Below are positions 28,976-38,431 of a stretch of 64,000 bases of DNA, in pieces. The notes beneath the pieces are model-generated. The model saw nothing but the letters and a program-made list of their open reading frames with translations, had not been told where the DNA came from and ran no database searches. Position 1 is the first letter of the stretch. Each line of letters opens with the position of its first letter. This DNA is from Planctomycetota bacterium. GTDB lineage: Bacteria; Planctomycetota; Phycisphaerae; FEN-1346. Where the stretch lies: NCBI GenBank assembly GCA_030602705.1, contig JAUVZF010000009.1:94-64093 (forward strand). Reading direction: 5' to 3'. Both the position numbers and the translations under genes were made by a program.

Positions 28976-29335
28976 CTACGGCCCGCCGCGCGCTTTGAAC
29001 ACGACCCGATCATCCGCGGCCAGGCCGATAACGCAGGTGAGGCGGGGGCCGCCGTGGTAGATGAGCCACACAACCGCGCCGCTCTTTTCGGCGTCGGCGT
29101 AGATCTGCTCGTGGCCTTTGCGCGGGCCGAGGCGGAACTCGACGGTCTCTTCAGCGGGCTCTCCCATCAGTTCCAGCACGGCCTCGCGCGAATGGCCGAA
29201 ATGGACCTGGTCCCATTCCGGATACTCGACGCCGTCCGTGTAGCGCTGCCAGAGGAGATAGGCCAGGACCACGATGGCGGCCAGGCCCGCCAGCAGGAAC
29301 AGTGTGCGACCCGTGCCGCTGCCTTTCGTCATCAT
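28976..29335 (-). CDS. small membrane protein
   Basis: MMTKGSGTGRTLFLLAGLAAIVVLAYLLWQRY, a single TM helix. Confidence 0.45.
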   Translation of the reverse strand: MMTKGSGTGRTLFLLAGLAAIVVLAYLLWQRYTDGVEYPEWDQVHFGHSREAVLELMGEPAEETVEFRLGPRKGHEQIYADAEKSGAVVWLIYHGGPRLTCVIGLAADDRVVFKARGGP

Positions 29336-29415
29336 CGTGTCCTCCCGGCAAAGCAGGTGCCTGTGGCCGGCCGCAAGCGGCTCCTGGCGGCAGGCAGCGA
29401 CGCAGTCCGATCGGC

Positions 29416-30849
29416 TCAGCGAAACCGCAGGGCGTACAGGTCGGCGTCTTTCAGGACGAATCGCAGCCGGACCGGCCTGCCGGCCAGGCGGCCCACGTTG
29501 GAGCCGCCCTTCCATGTTACCGCGCGGTCGATGGCGTCGCCGAAGATGAGCGGGCAGTCGGCCAGGGCGAAGCCTTCGACCGGTTCGCCGTCGGCCCCCT
29601 GGATCTCGACGCGGATGCCGCCGGCGGCGGAGGTCTCGAAGTTGATCGCCAGTTCCCTGCCCTCGAAGCGAAGCGGCCTGGTCACCAGTTCGCCACCTTT
29701 GAGCGGCGCGCTCACCGACACGAAACCGTCGAGGCGCAGGGAGTACCGCGTCACGTGGCTCGTCGGCTGGGCGTAATGCGACAGGCGGTAGAGGAACATG
29801 CGGCGGTCGGTCGTCGGCACGATGCCCCAGGCGGGGGTGTTGTCGCGGCAGATCCAGTCGCGCGGCGTCGGGCCCGGCCGGATGAACGCCTCGAGGAACG
29901 TCCGGTCGTAGCGGCCCCCGCCGCGGCTGGTCATCAGGACCGCGTCGCTGGAGGCGATCCGATGTCTCGGATGCGGGACGAGGGCGGCCGCCTCATCGGG
30001 CGGCAGCGCGACTTTGCCGGGGAAGAACCGTTTCGCCAAAGCGACATAGATGTGCGGCGCGCGAAAGTACGGCAGCGTCCCGTTCGTGTAAAGATGTTCG
30101 GGCGGGGCGTCGCCGAACGTCATCTCGACCGGCTCGGTCCAGTTGAGGAAATCCTTGCTCGTGGTGCGCGAGATCCAGCGGTAACTGGTACCGCCGACCT
30201 TCTTCCACGTCCGGAAGCAGCAGACGTAGCAGCCTTCGGCGTCGGACCAGAAGGCGACGTTCTGGGAATCGAAGGCGCCCTTGGTGATGACCGGTTCCTT
30301 CCGCAGCCTCTTCCATCGGACGGCGTCGGCCGACGCGAAGGCGACGAGGCCTGTCTTTCGCGTTCCTGCCAGGGCCTTGTATCGCTGCTGGGCGGGCACG
30401 CCGGGCTTTGTGTCGATGAACGGTGCGAAGTTGTGGCAGAGGTCCGGCTCGCCGGCCAGAATCACGTTGTTGTTCTTGGTGCCCCTGACCTCGTGCAGGC
30501 CCAGGCTCGGCTTCGTCCAGTGGATGCCGTCTTTCGACTCGGCGTAACAGGTCACCTGCGTGGCGCCGGCGAGTTCGGGCTGGCCGCGGTAGTACATGCG
30601 GCAGCGGTCCTTGTCCCGGAAGACCGTGATGTAGGCCGAGTACAGGCCTTCCCACGGCTTGTCGAACACGAGCGCCGTGCCCTCTCGCCGGGGATGATGC
30701 AGCCGCAGCCGCGCGCCTTCAAGCCGCTGGGTCAGGTGATGGTCCACGAACAGTTCGCGGCGCGAGCCGATGTCGATGCCCGTCTCGGCCCACGCGACGG
30801 CGGCAGCGATCAACGGCAGGAAACCCAGCAGCCATCTCGGCAGTCGCAT
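29416..30849 (-). CDS. secreted glycoside-hydrolase-like beta-propeller protein (GH32/GH43/GH130-like fold; family uncertain)
   Basis: Signal MRLPRWLLGFLPLIAAAVAWA. CYAESKDGIHWTKP-type blades. C-terminal beta-sandwich. Confidence 0.6.
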   Translation of the reverse strand: MRLPRWLLGFLPLIAAAVAWAETGIDIGSRRELFVDHHLTQRLEGARLRLHHPRREGTALVFDKPWEGLYSAYITVFRDKDRCRMYYRGQPELAGATQVTCYAESKDGIHWTKPSLGLHEVRGTKNNNVILAGEPDLCHNFAPFIDTKPGVPAQQRYKALAGTRKTGLVAFASADAVRWKRLRKEPVITKGAFDSQNVAFWSDAEGCYVCCFRTWKKVGGTSYRWISRTTSKDFLNWTEPVEMTFGDAPPEHLYTNGTLPYFRAPHIYVALAKRFFPGKVALPPDEAAALVPHPRHRIASSDAVLMTSRGGGRYDRTFLEAFIRPGPTPRDWICRDNTPAWGIVPTTDRRMFLYRLSHYAQPTSHVTRYSLRLDGFVSVSAPLKGGELVTRPLRFEGRELAINFETSAAGGIRVEIQGADGEPVEGFALADCPLIFGDAIDRAVTWKGGSNVGRLAGRPVRLRFVLKDADLYALRFR

Positions 30850-30923
30850 GGGCCTCACTCCTCCCGCCTTTCGTTGACGTAAAACCCGTCGTGCATGAAG
30901 AGCCCGAACTCCGCGTTGGCAAC

Positions 30924-31115
30924 CTACTCCAGCGCGGCTGCCTTGGGGTCCTTTCGGTACAGGTCCGCGTACTCTTTCAGGTAGGATAGCACGCTTGACT
31001 CGCTCACCGTCTTTTTCTCCCTCTGAGCGAGACCGTTGGCACAGCCGCCTGCGCCGAGCGCGATCCCCGCACCGAGAGCCTGTGGGAATTGCCTTCGCGT
31101 CTGTTTGGGTATCAT
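30924..31115 (-). CDS. small ORF with twin-arginine signal (TRRQFPQALGAGIALGAGG); small exported peptide or gene remnant
   Basis: 63 aa. Carries a Tat motif. Lies in a 480-bp divergent intergenic region. Confidence 0.3.
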   Translation of the reverse strand: MIPKQTRRQFPQALGAGIALGAGGCANGLAQREKKTVSESSVLSYLKEYADLYRKDPKAAALE

Positions 31116-31332
31116 CCGTCTCTTCGTGCGGCAGTGCTGCTTCCCGCGCGCCCCACGATGCTACTTGCCGGCCTGGGCGTTTGCAAGGGCAACAAGGACG
31201 CGGGATGACTGGCGCCGGCTTTGACTCGGGCACCGGGAGTTTGCACAGCACGATTGGCTGTGAGCGCGGTTACACGTAATGAAGGACCGCATGGTGGGTG
31301 TGCGCCGAAGCAGGCGGTTGTGACGGGGGTCG

Positions 31333-33717
31333 ATGATGCAGCGTCGAGATAGAGGAGTCCGTCTTATGGCCGCAGGCAGCCGCGCCGCGAAGGTCTCTCT
31401 GTGTCTTGTCCTCGTGCTTCTCGTCGCGTGCAGCGCCTGGGCAGGTGCGCCGGGGCCGATGCTGAAACGGTTCCTCGCCGGCCCGATGGCCGGCGTCGAG
31501 GAAATCATCTTTGCCGTCCGTGGCGTTGGCGGCGACGGGCACTGGTACGCCAACTTCGGCCACTGGGTGTCGAACCCGAAGAAGACGATGTACGGCCCGC
31601 CCGGCGGATGGCTGTGCCGGCTGAATCTGCGAACGGGCAAGGTCCGGGTCCTCCTCGATGATCCGAAAGGCGGTGTCCGCGATCCGCAGGTCCACTACGA
31701 CGCCAAGAAGGTCCTCTTCTCGTACCGCAAGGGCGACTCGACGCACTACCACCTGTTCGAGATGAACCTCGACGGGACGGGCGTGCGGCAGTTGACGGAC
31801 GGTCCGTTCGACGACTACGAGCCCATCTACCTGCCCGACGGAGACCTCCTGTTCTGCTCGTCGCGCTGCAACCGCTGGGTCCAGTGCTGGTTCACGCAGG
31901 TGGCCGTGTTGTATCGCTCGGACGGCGACGGCAGGAACGTGCGCCTCGTGTCGGCCAACATCGAGCACGATAACACGCCCTGGATGATGCCCGACGGCCG
32001 CGTCCTCTACATGCGGTGGGAATACGTGGACCGCAGCCGCGTCCGCTTCCATCACCTCTGGACGATCAACCCCGACGGCACCGGACAGATGACCTACTTC
32101 GGCAACATGCATCCGGGTACCGTCATGCTCGACGCCAAACCCATTCCGGGCACCGAGAAGGTGGTGGTCTCGTTCAACCCCGGCCACGGCCGCAAGGAAC
32201 ACGCTGGGCACGTCACGGTGGTGGACCCGAACCGTGGGCCGGACGATCGTAAGTTCGCCCGCCACATCACCCGCGAGAGCGACTGGCGCGACCCGTACGC
32301 CTTCTCGGAAGACTGCTTCATGGCGGCGCGCGGCCGCAGCCTCTACGTCTTGGACGGGCAGGGCAGGAGCGAGGCGTTTTACACGCTGCCTTCGGACGCC
32401 GCTCGCATGGAGGTGCACGAGCCGCGTCCCTTGCGGACCCGGCCGCGCGAGCCGATTATCACGCCGCGCATCAACCCCGCCAGCCCCACCGGCCGCCTTC
32501 TCCTGGCCGACGTGACGCACGGCCGCAACATGGCGGGCGTGGAGGCCGGCGAAATCAAGAAACTCCTCGTCCTCGAAACGCTGCCCAAGCCGGTGAACTT
32601 CAGCGGCACGATGGAGCCGATCAGCCTGGGCGGCACGTTCACCCTGCCGCGAATCCTCGGCACGGTACCGGTGGAGGCCGACGGGTCGGCCTATATCGAG
32701 GTGCCGGCCCTGAGGCCGCTCTTCTTCGTCGCGCTCGATTCCAACGACCTGTCGGTCAAGCGGATGCAGTCGTTCGTCAGCGTGATGCCGGGCGAGACGA
32801 CCGGGTGCTCCGGCTGCCACGAGAACCGGACCGACACGGCCCGCTTCAAGCCGACCCTGATGGCGCTGAAGCGCTCGCCCAGCCGCATCACGCCCATCAA
32901 GGACGTGCCGGGCGTCCTCGATTTCCCCCGCGACATCCAGCCCGTTCTCAATAAGCACTGCGTCCGCTGCCACAACTACGAGAAGTTCAAGGGCAAGGTC
33001 GTGCTGACCGGCGACCGCGGACCGCAGTACTCGCACGCCTACGTGACGCTGATGTCGCGCGGCCAGGTATCGCACGGGCGCGACGCCAACGGCAATCTCG
33101 GGCCGCGAAAGATCGGGTCCGCCGCCAGCCCGCTGATGACGAAGATCCTCAAAGGCCACAACGGCGTCAAACTCTCGCCGCACGAACGCACGATGATACG
33201 ACTCTGGATCGAGTCGGGCGCGCAGTACCCCGGAACGTACGCCGCCCTCGGAAGCGGGATGGTCGCCGTAAGGTACGACGGCGCCGTCCTGGGCCGCCGG
33301 TGCGGCTCGTGCCACAAGGGACTGAACTTCCGGGTCCACAAGGAGTTGCTGGCGAACCTGACGCGGCCCGCGAAGTCGCTCATCCTGCTCGCGCCGCTCG
33401 CGAAGCGGGCCGGCGGCCTTGGCCTGTGCTGCCGGAAGCCCGCGAAGAAAGGCAAGACGCCCAGGCTGGCCGACGTCTTCAGGTCTCGCCGGGACCCGGG
33501 CTACCAAACACTCCTGGCCGGCGTCACCAAGGCGAAGGCGGACCTCGACCGGCGCAAGCGGTTCGACATGCCCGGCTTCCGCCCCAACGAGCACTACATC
33601 CGCGAGATGCAGCGCTACGGCACGCTCCCGGCCGACATCGCCGCCGCCGACACCATCGACCCCTACGCCACCGACGCGAAGTACTGGCAGTCGTTCTGGT
33701 ACATGCCGAGACGGTAG
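31333..33717 (+). CDS. secreted beta-propeller (PD40-like) + tri-haem c-type cytochrome protein, HzsA-like architecture, paralog 2
   Basis: Signal peptide. VHYDAKKVLFSYRKGDS..LFEMNLDGTG..WEYVDRSRVRFHHLWTINPDGTG. CxxCH x3 (GCSGCHEN, HCVRCHNY, CGSCHKG). Confidence 0.85.
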   Translation: MMQRRDRGVRLMAAGSRAAKVSLCLVLVLLVACSAWAGAPGPMLKRFLAGPMAGVEEIIFAVRGVGGDGHWYANFGHWVSNPKKTMYGPPGGWLCRLNLRTGKVRVLLDDPKGGVRDPQVHYDAKKVLFSYRKGDSTHYHLFEMNLDGTGVRQLTDGPFDDYEPIYLPDGDLLFCSSRCNRWVQCWFTQVAVLYRSDGDGRNVRLVSANIEHDNTPWMMPDGRVLYMRWEYVDRSRVRFHHLWTINPDGTGQMTYFGNMHPGTVMLDAKPIPGTEKVVVSFNPGHGRKEHAGHVTVVDPNRGPDDRKFARHITRESDWRDPYAFSEDCFMAARGRSLYVLDGQGRSEAFYTLPSDAARMEVHEPRPLRTRPREPIITPRINPASPTGRLLLADVTHGRNMAGVEAGEIKKLLVLETLPKPVNFSGTMEPISLGGTFTLPRILGTVPVEADGSAYIEVPALRPLFFVALDSNDLSVKRMQSFVSVMPGETTGCSGCHENRTDTARFKPTLMALKRSPSRITPIKDVPGVLDFPRDIQPVLNKHCVRCHNYEKFKGKVVLTGDRGPQYSHAYVTLMSRGQVSHGRDANGNLGPRKIGSAASPLMTKILKGHNGVKLSPHERTMIRLWIESGAQYPGTYAALGSGMVAVRYDGAVLGRRCGSCHKGLNFRVHKELLANLTRPAKSLILLAPLAKRAGGLGLCCRKPAKKGKTPRLADVFRSRRDPGYQTLLAGVTKAKADLDRRKRFDMPGFRPNEHYIREMQRYGTLPADIAAADTIDPYATDAKYWQSFWYMPRR

Positions 33718-33821
33718 CGGCAGGGGGCCGCACGTTGGGTGCAGCAGGTCTGCTCTTCCGCCCGCCGTTTCGGCATTTTGCCTTGATTCGTCCCGCGCGG
33801 CCGCATACCGTCGGTTCCACC

Positions 33822-34694
33822 ATGCAGCCCGACGAGCGCACCTACACGACGAGCGACGGCACCGAACTGCCGGTGCGGGTTTGGCCGCCACCAAAAAAGG
33901 TACCAGGTACCTTTTTGGCGAGGCCCGCGGCGCTCGTGTATCTGCACGGCATCCAGAGCCACTCGGGATGGTACGAAGCGTCGTCGCGGCGCCTGGCGGA
34001 GGCGGGCGTGGCGGTCTATCAGATTGAGCGTCGCGGCAGCGGGCGCGATGCGGACCACGAGCGCGGTCACGTCGATAAGGCCGAAACGTGGCTCGAGGAC
34101 GTTGCCCGGGCGGCGGAACTGGCGCGCGACGAGACCGGCGCCGGCAGCGTTCACCTGATGGGCATCTCGTGGGGCGGCAAACTGGCGATGGCGTGCGCCG
34201 CCCATCGGCCGGACCTGTACCGCAGCCTTATCCTCTCGGCGCCCGGCATCGTGCCCATCGTCGATGTTGCGGTGACGATCAAGGTCCGCATCGCGAAGTG
34301 CCTGATGATGGGCCGGGAACTCAGACGGTTCCCCATCCCGATCGACGACCCGCACCTTTTCACCGAGAACCCCGACCGGGTGCGCTACATCGCCGAGGAC
34401 GAACTGAGCCTGCGCGACCTGACGGCCCGGTTCATGTACGAGAGCCGCCGCCTCGACCGGATGGTCCGCGCAGCCGCCGCGACCGTCCGCGTACACACGC
34501 TGCTGCTGCTTGCCGAGCGCGACCGCATCATCAACAACGAAGCCACGCGGGCGCTCATCTATTCGATGGCCGCACGCAAGCGGGTCATCACGTACCCGGG
34601 CGCGCACCACACGCTGGAGTTCGAGGTGGCCCCGCAGCCGTACTTCAAGGACCTCGCGGCCTGGATCGACCAGGTGGAGGGGGAAAGCCCGTGA
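33822..34694 (+). CDS. alpha/beta-hydrolase (lysophospholipase / monoglyceride-lipase-like)
   Basis: LVYLHGIQSHSGWY and nucleophile elbow GISWGG. It contains an in-frame copy of the AAAAAGGTACCAGGTACCTTTTT palindrome encoding PPKKVPGTFLA. Confidence 0.8.
   Translation: MQPDERTYTTSDGTELPVRVWPPPKKVPGTFLARPAALVYLHGIQSHSGWYEASSRRLAEAGVAVYQIERRGSGRDADHERGHVDKAETWLEDVARAAELARDETGAGSVHLMGISWGGKLAMACAAHRPDLYRSLILSAPGIVPIVDVAVTIKVRIAKCLMMGRELRRFPIPIDDPHLFTENPDRVRYIAEDELSLRDLTARFMYESRRLDRMVRAAAATVRVHTLLLLAERDRIINNEATRALIYSMAARKRVITYPGAHHTLEFEVAPQPYFKDLAAWIDQVEGESP
33892..33918. repeat. single 21-bp palindrome of the AAAAGGTTCCAGGAACCTTTT family (variant GGTACC) embedded in-frame in a CDS
   Basis: Read from ccaAAAAAGGTACCAGGTACCTTTTTgg. 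Confidence 0.8.
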
Positions 34695-35464
34695 ACGCAC
34701 TGATCGTTTACTTCTCGCAGACCGGCAACACCGAACGGGTGGCCCGCGCCATCGGCAGCGGTCTCCAAGGCGCGGGGTGCGAGACGGTGGACCTGGCGCC
34801 CATCCGCGAGGCGGGGCCGCACGACTGGCTCGACTACGACCTCGTCGGCCTGGGAACGCCGGTGTTCTATTACAAGGAACCCGTGAACGTCCGCGATTGG
34901 GTCAAGGCGCTCGCCCCTCGGCCGCAGCCGGGGCCCGTGCTGACGTTCAACACCAACGGCGGCAACCCGACGAACACCTTCCGCCGGCTCCAGAAACTGC
35001 TGAAGCCGAAGGGCGGCCGCGTGCTCGGCTCGTTCGAGTGCTTCGGCTACGACACGTATCCGATCTACCTGAAATCGTTCCGCCAGTGGGGCCACCCGGA
35101 CGCCGAGGACCTTGCTTCGGCCGAGACGTTCGGCGGCGAGATGGCCGCGAAGGCCGGGCGGTTCCTTGCGGGCGAGTTGGTCTCGGAGGCCGCGTACAAG
35201 TTCGTGGGCGGCAAACACTTCCGCCTGTCGTGGATTTGCCGCCGGCCGATCCTCAACACGTTCTTCCCGAAACTCAACCTGCGTGAAGACCTGTGCACGG
35301 CGTGCGGCGCGTGCGCGGGCGCGTGCCCGACGGAAAACATCGAGATGGCTCCCGGCCCGCGGTTCCTCGACCGCTGCATCCACTGCTACCTGTGCGAGCG
35401 GATCTGCCCGCAGAATGCCATCCAGTGCGACTGGCGCCGCCTGACCAAACGGATGAACCCCTGA
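34691..35464 (+). CDS. flavodoxin-domain + 2x[4Fe-4S] ferredoxin-domain fusion protein
   Basis: GTG start overlapping the upstream stop (GTGA). LIVYFSQTGNTE. CTACGACAGACP and CIHCYLCERICP. Confidence 0.8.
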   Translation: MNALIVYFSQTGNTERVARAIGSGLQGAGCETVDLAPIREAGPHDWLDYDLVGLGTPVFYYKEPVNVRDWVKALAPRPQPGPVLTFNTNGGNPTNTFRRLQKLLKPKGGRVLGSFECFGYDTYPIYLKSFRQWGHPDAEDLASAETFGGEMAAKAGRFLAGELVSEAAYKFVGGKHFRLSWICRRPILNTFFPKLNLREDLCTACGACAGACPTENIEMAPGPRFLDRCIHCYLCERICPQNAIQCDWRRLTKRMNP

Positions 35465-35584
35465 GATGCACCCGTGCCGCGTGCCGCTTTCTTGAGGCGC
35501 ACCCGGCGCCGGGCGCCACCGTTTACTTGTCAAACGGTGCGGCTGCGGGTGGACCTCTTGCTCGGCAATCGTGCGCGTACGATC

Positions 35585-36064
35585 TCACCCCGCCCCGCCG
35601 GGCCACCCGAGGAGTTGCACGAAGCGCGGCACAAAGAGGATCAGCCCGACGACGAGCGCCCCGAGGGCCGCCATCAGCACGGACGCCGCCGCCACGTCTT
35701 TCGCAATCTTCAGGACGGGGTGCTGCTCGCTCGAGACCGCGTTGGCCAGGATCTCCAGCCCCGTGTTGAACCCCTCCGCCACCCACACGAGCACGATTGC
35801 GATGATCAGGTTGCACCACTCGCCAACGGCGAACGGCCTGACCATGACGTGCAGGACGGCCGCCAGCACGAGCGCCAGCACCGAGGCCACCGCGTGCAGC
35901 CACGCGTTATGCTGGCTGCGCAGAATGAACCACATTCCCATAAAGGCATGGCGAAAACTCCGCACCCGCCCGACCACCGTAAAGGGCGACTGGTAGAAGA
36001 CTTCCGTCTCCAGGCGGTCCTCGTTGCGGCGTTCCTCGCCCGAGTCGGTCGGCGGTTGGGCCAT
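35585..36064 (-). CDS. dgkA: diacylglycerol kinase (prokaryotic DgkA family)
   Basis: 159 aa, three TM helices, AEGFNTGLE motif. The TGATG overlap couples it to the upstream thyA-like gene. Confidence 0.7.
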   Translation of the reverse strand: MAQPPTDSGEERRNEDRLETEVFYQSPFTVVGRVRSFRHAFMGMWFILRSQHNAWLHAVASVLALVLAAVLHVMVRPFAVGEWCNLIIAIVLVWVAEGFNTGLEILANAVSSEQHPVLKIAKDVAAASVLMAALGALVVGLILFVPRFVQLLGWPGGAG

Positions 36065-36918
36065 CACACCTCTCCGGGGGTTTTGAGTTCCTCGAGCCGC
36101 GTCTGCATCACGGCCCGCTTCTCGTCCGGCAGGTCCTCTTCCGTCAGCAGCCGGCGTACGCCGTCCTCGAACATCGGCCGCGCAAACTCGCTCGTGAAGT
36201 AACGGTCCGGCCGCGCCTCGATCATCTTCAGGAACCCCTCGAACTCCTCGAAGTACGATCCGTAGATGTGAAAACTGTCGGCCACGTGTACGTACTCGCC
36301 GGGCTCCACGTCCAGGTCGCGCGCCATCTGCCGCTGGAGTTCCGTGAAGGCGAACATGTTCATAAATGCTGCCTTGAATGCGTCGTTCGAGCGGATGTGG
36401 ACGACCAGGTTCAGCCGGTCGGGCCCGCCCGCCTCGTCTTTCTCGACCCGGAACCACATCCGCTGAAGGCACGCCGGGTCGGCGATGCCCGCATCCTTCC
36501 ACGCCTGCCACGTCACCGCCTGGGCCCGCCGCGTGTACGGCGTCAGGCGAAGCATCCGCACGGCCTCCGCAATCTGGTCGATCGGCTCGTCGAGCCCCGG
36601 CACCCGGTACGCCCGCAGACGCTCGTGGTACGTGTACTCCCACTTGCCCTGCTCGGGGGCGACCCAATGGTCGTGCACGCCGTAGAGCACCTCGGCCCGG
36701 TACGCCTCCAGGTCCTCCAGGCCGCCGGGAAACGCCTTGTGGATGCGCGGCTCGGCAAACGGTTCGGTCACGTGGATGAGGCAGGCGACGTCGCGGCTGG
36801 GCGGATCGCCGGGCTTATCGTACTGCGTGCGGAACCTCGCCCCCTCGTCCCAGCACCGGCGGACGGCCGTCTCCCAGCCTTGAGGCAGCGTCCGCTGGTG
36901 GACGTAAATCGATTTCAC
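36064..36918 (-). CDS. thymidylate synthase-family protein (divergent ThyA-like; GTG start inferred)
   Basis: CLQRMWFRV (cf. PCHxxxQFYV) and RSNDAFKAAFMNMFAFTELQ...DSFHIYGSY (cf. RSxDxFLGxPFN...DxHIYxNH). Confidence 0.6.
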   Translation of the reverse strand: MKSIYVHQRTLPQGWETAVRRCWDEGARFRTQYDKPGDPPSRDVACLIHVTEPFAEPRIHKAFPGGLEDLEAYRAEVLYGVHDHWVAPEQGKWEYTYHERLRAYRVPGLDEPIDQIAEAVRMLRLTPYTRRAQAVTWQAWKDAGIADPACLQRMWFRVEKDEAGGPDRLNLVVHIRSNDAFKAAFMNMFAFTELQRQMARDLDVEPGEYVHVADSFHIYGSYFEEFEGFLKMIEARPDRYFTSEFARPMFEDGVRRLLTEEDLPDEKRAVMQTRLEELKTPGEV

Positions 36919-37224
36919 GAATACCTCGCCCTTCTTGCTGAGGGCAGCATTGCCAATGTCCGCGATCGGACGCTCAGTGTGCTGCCGACGGCGAATTGTA
37001 GGCCCCCGCCCGCCCTGGAGCAAGCCGAATTGCCGGCGGGCAGTCGCCGGTGGAACCGCACCTGTGCCACGGCCGGTCTTGTCCGGCCGTGCGTTGTACG
37101 TTCTGTGGCTTGCGCCCAGACCTCCGAAAAATCCCTTGCAGCCGCCGCCGCCCCTGGGAAGATGGATGCACACAGAAGGGCCATTTGCGGAATCTTTTCC
37201 GGAACCCATCGTAAGGAGAGCCGC

Positions 37225-37692
37225 ATGACACAGGCGCCACCCGAAGCACCGTCCAGCCCGCCGCTGGCCGGCACGAACTCGCGCCGCCTGGCCATCGCGA
37301 GCATCATTTGCGGGGCGCTCGGGATCGTGACGTGCGGCGTGTCGGCGGTCCTCGGCCTGATCCTGGGCATCATCGCCCTCACGAGGTGCGGCCAAGGCAC
37401 GGCCCCAGGGCGCAGCAGAGGCCTAGCGATCGCCGGGGTGGTCGTCTCGGGGTTCATGATCCTGGGCGGCGCGGCCATCGACCTGCCCCTGCTCGGGCTG
37501 CTGATTCTCTTCCGAAACGAGATCAACGACTGGACGGTCGATATCTGGGAACAGGCGCAGGACGAGGCCGAGAAGGAGCAGGATGACTTCTTCGGAGAGG
37601 AGATGGACCGGCTAGACCTCCCCCGGCCGCACCTCTGGCTGACACCGTCGCCGGCTGCATGCCTGTGCCCTGCCGCAAGGACAACGCCATGA
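37225..37692 (+). CDS. DUF4190-like two-TM small membrane protein (N-terminal-only paralog of the two downstream genes)
   Basis: Strong SD AAGGAGAG. TM pair with GxxxG. It lacks the H-X9-DG domain. Confidence 0.6.
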   Translation: MTQAPPEAPSSPPLAGTNSRRLAIASIICGALGIVTCGVSAVLGLILGIIALTRCGQGTAPGRSRGLAIAGVVVSGFMILGGAAIDLPLLGLLILFRNEINDWTVDIWEQAQDEAEKEQDDFFGEEMDRLDLPRPHLWLTPSPAACLCPAARTTP

Positions 37693-38408
37693 CCCAGCCG
37701 CCTCCACCGCCATCCGGTTACCCGCCGCAACAGGCGCCCGGCCCGCCGACGAGCGGCCTGGCCGTGGCGAGCCTCGTCTGCGGCATCGGGGGGGTTTGTA
37801 CCTGCGGCCTCGGCGGCATCGCCGGCATCGTCCTCGGCATCATGGCGATGGGGCGGATCAAGCGCAGCGGCGGCCAACTCGGAGGCAGGGGGTTGGCCGT
37901 GGCCGGCCTCGTCGTTTCCATCATCGCTATCATCGTCGGACTGGCAATCATCGCCGGGACGGGCGCGGTCTGGTTCTACGCCCGGCGCCAGTACGACGTC
38001 ATGCAGTTCAGCGCCAACGTCCGGGTCCTGTGCGAACACGTCGTAACGTACAGCGCGGTCAACGACGGCCGGCTGCCGCCGCCGGACTCGTGGCCGGACG
38101 CCCTCATGGCAGAGGGCCTGATCACCGACCTCGACATCCTGACCGACCCGGCCGACCCCGGCGCCGGCCGCGCGATTGCGATGAACCGGGCCGTGGTCCG
38201 CGCCCCCACCTACGACGTGGCACGCGCCGGCGATACGGTCCTGCTGTTCGAGTGCGCCCCCGGCAGCCCGCTCTCCGGCGGCCGCGACCTCCTGCCGCCC
38301 GCGCCGCGACACGCCGGCGGGTACGTCATCGGCTTTCTCGACGGCCGCACCCGGCAGGTGCCGCCCGAGCGACTCGACCGCCTCGTCTGGAACCCGAAAC
38401 CCGGATAG
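37689..38408 (+). CDS. membrane-anchored (DUF4190-like N-term) protein with C-terminal H-X9-DG (DUF1559-type) domain
   Basis: FECAPGSPLSGGRDLL...HAGGYVIGFLDG, i.e. H + 9 residues + DG. ATGA overlap with the upstream gene. Confidence 0.75.
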   Translation: MTQPPPPPSGYPPQQAPGPPTSGLAVASLVCGIGGVCTCGLGGIAGIVLGIMAMGRIKRSGGQLGGRGLAVAGLVVSIIAIIVGLAIIAGTGAVWFYARRQYDVMQFSANVRVLCEHVVTYSAVNDGRLPPPDSWPDALMAEGLITDLDILTDPADPGAGRAIAMNRAVVRAPTYDVARAGDTVLLFECAPGSPLSGGRDLLPPAPRHAGGYVIGFLDGRTRQVPPERLDRLVWNPKPG

Positions 38409-38431
38409 CCTTTGACTGAAAGGGAACCGCG

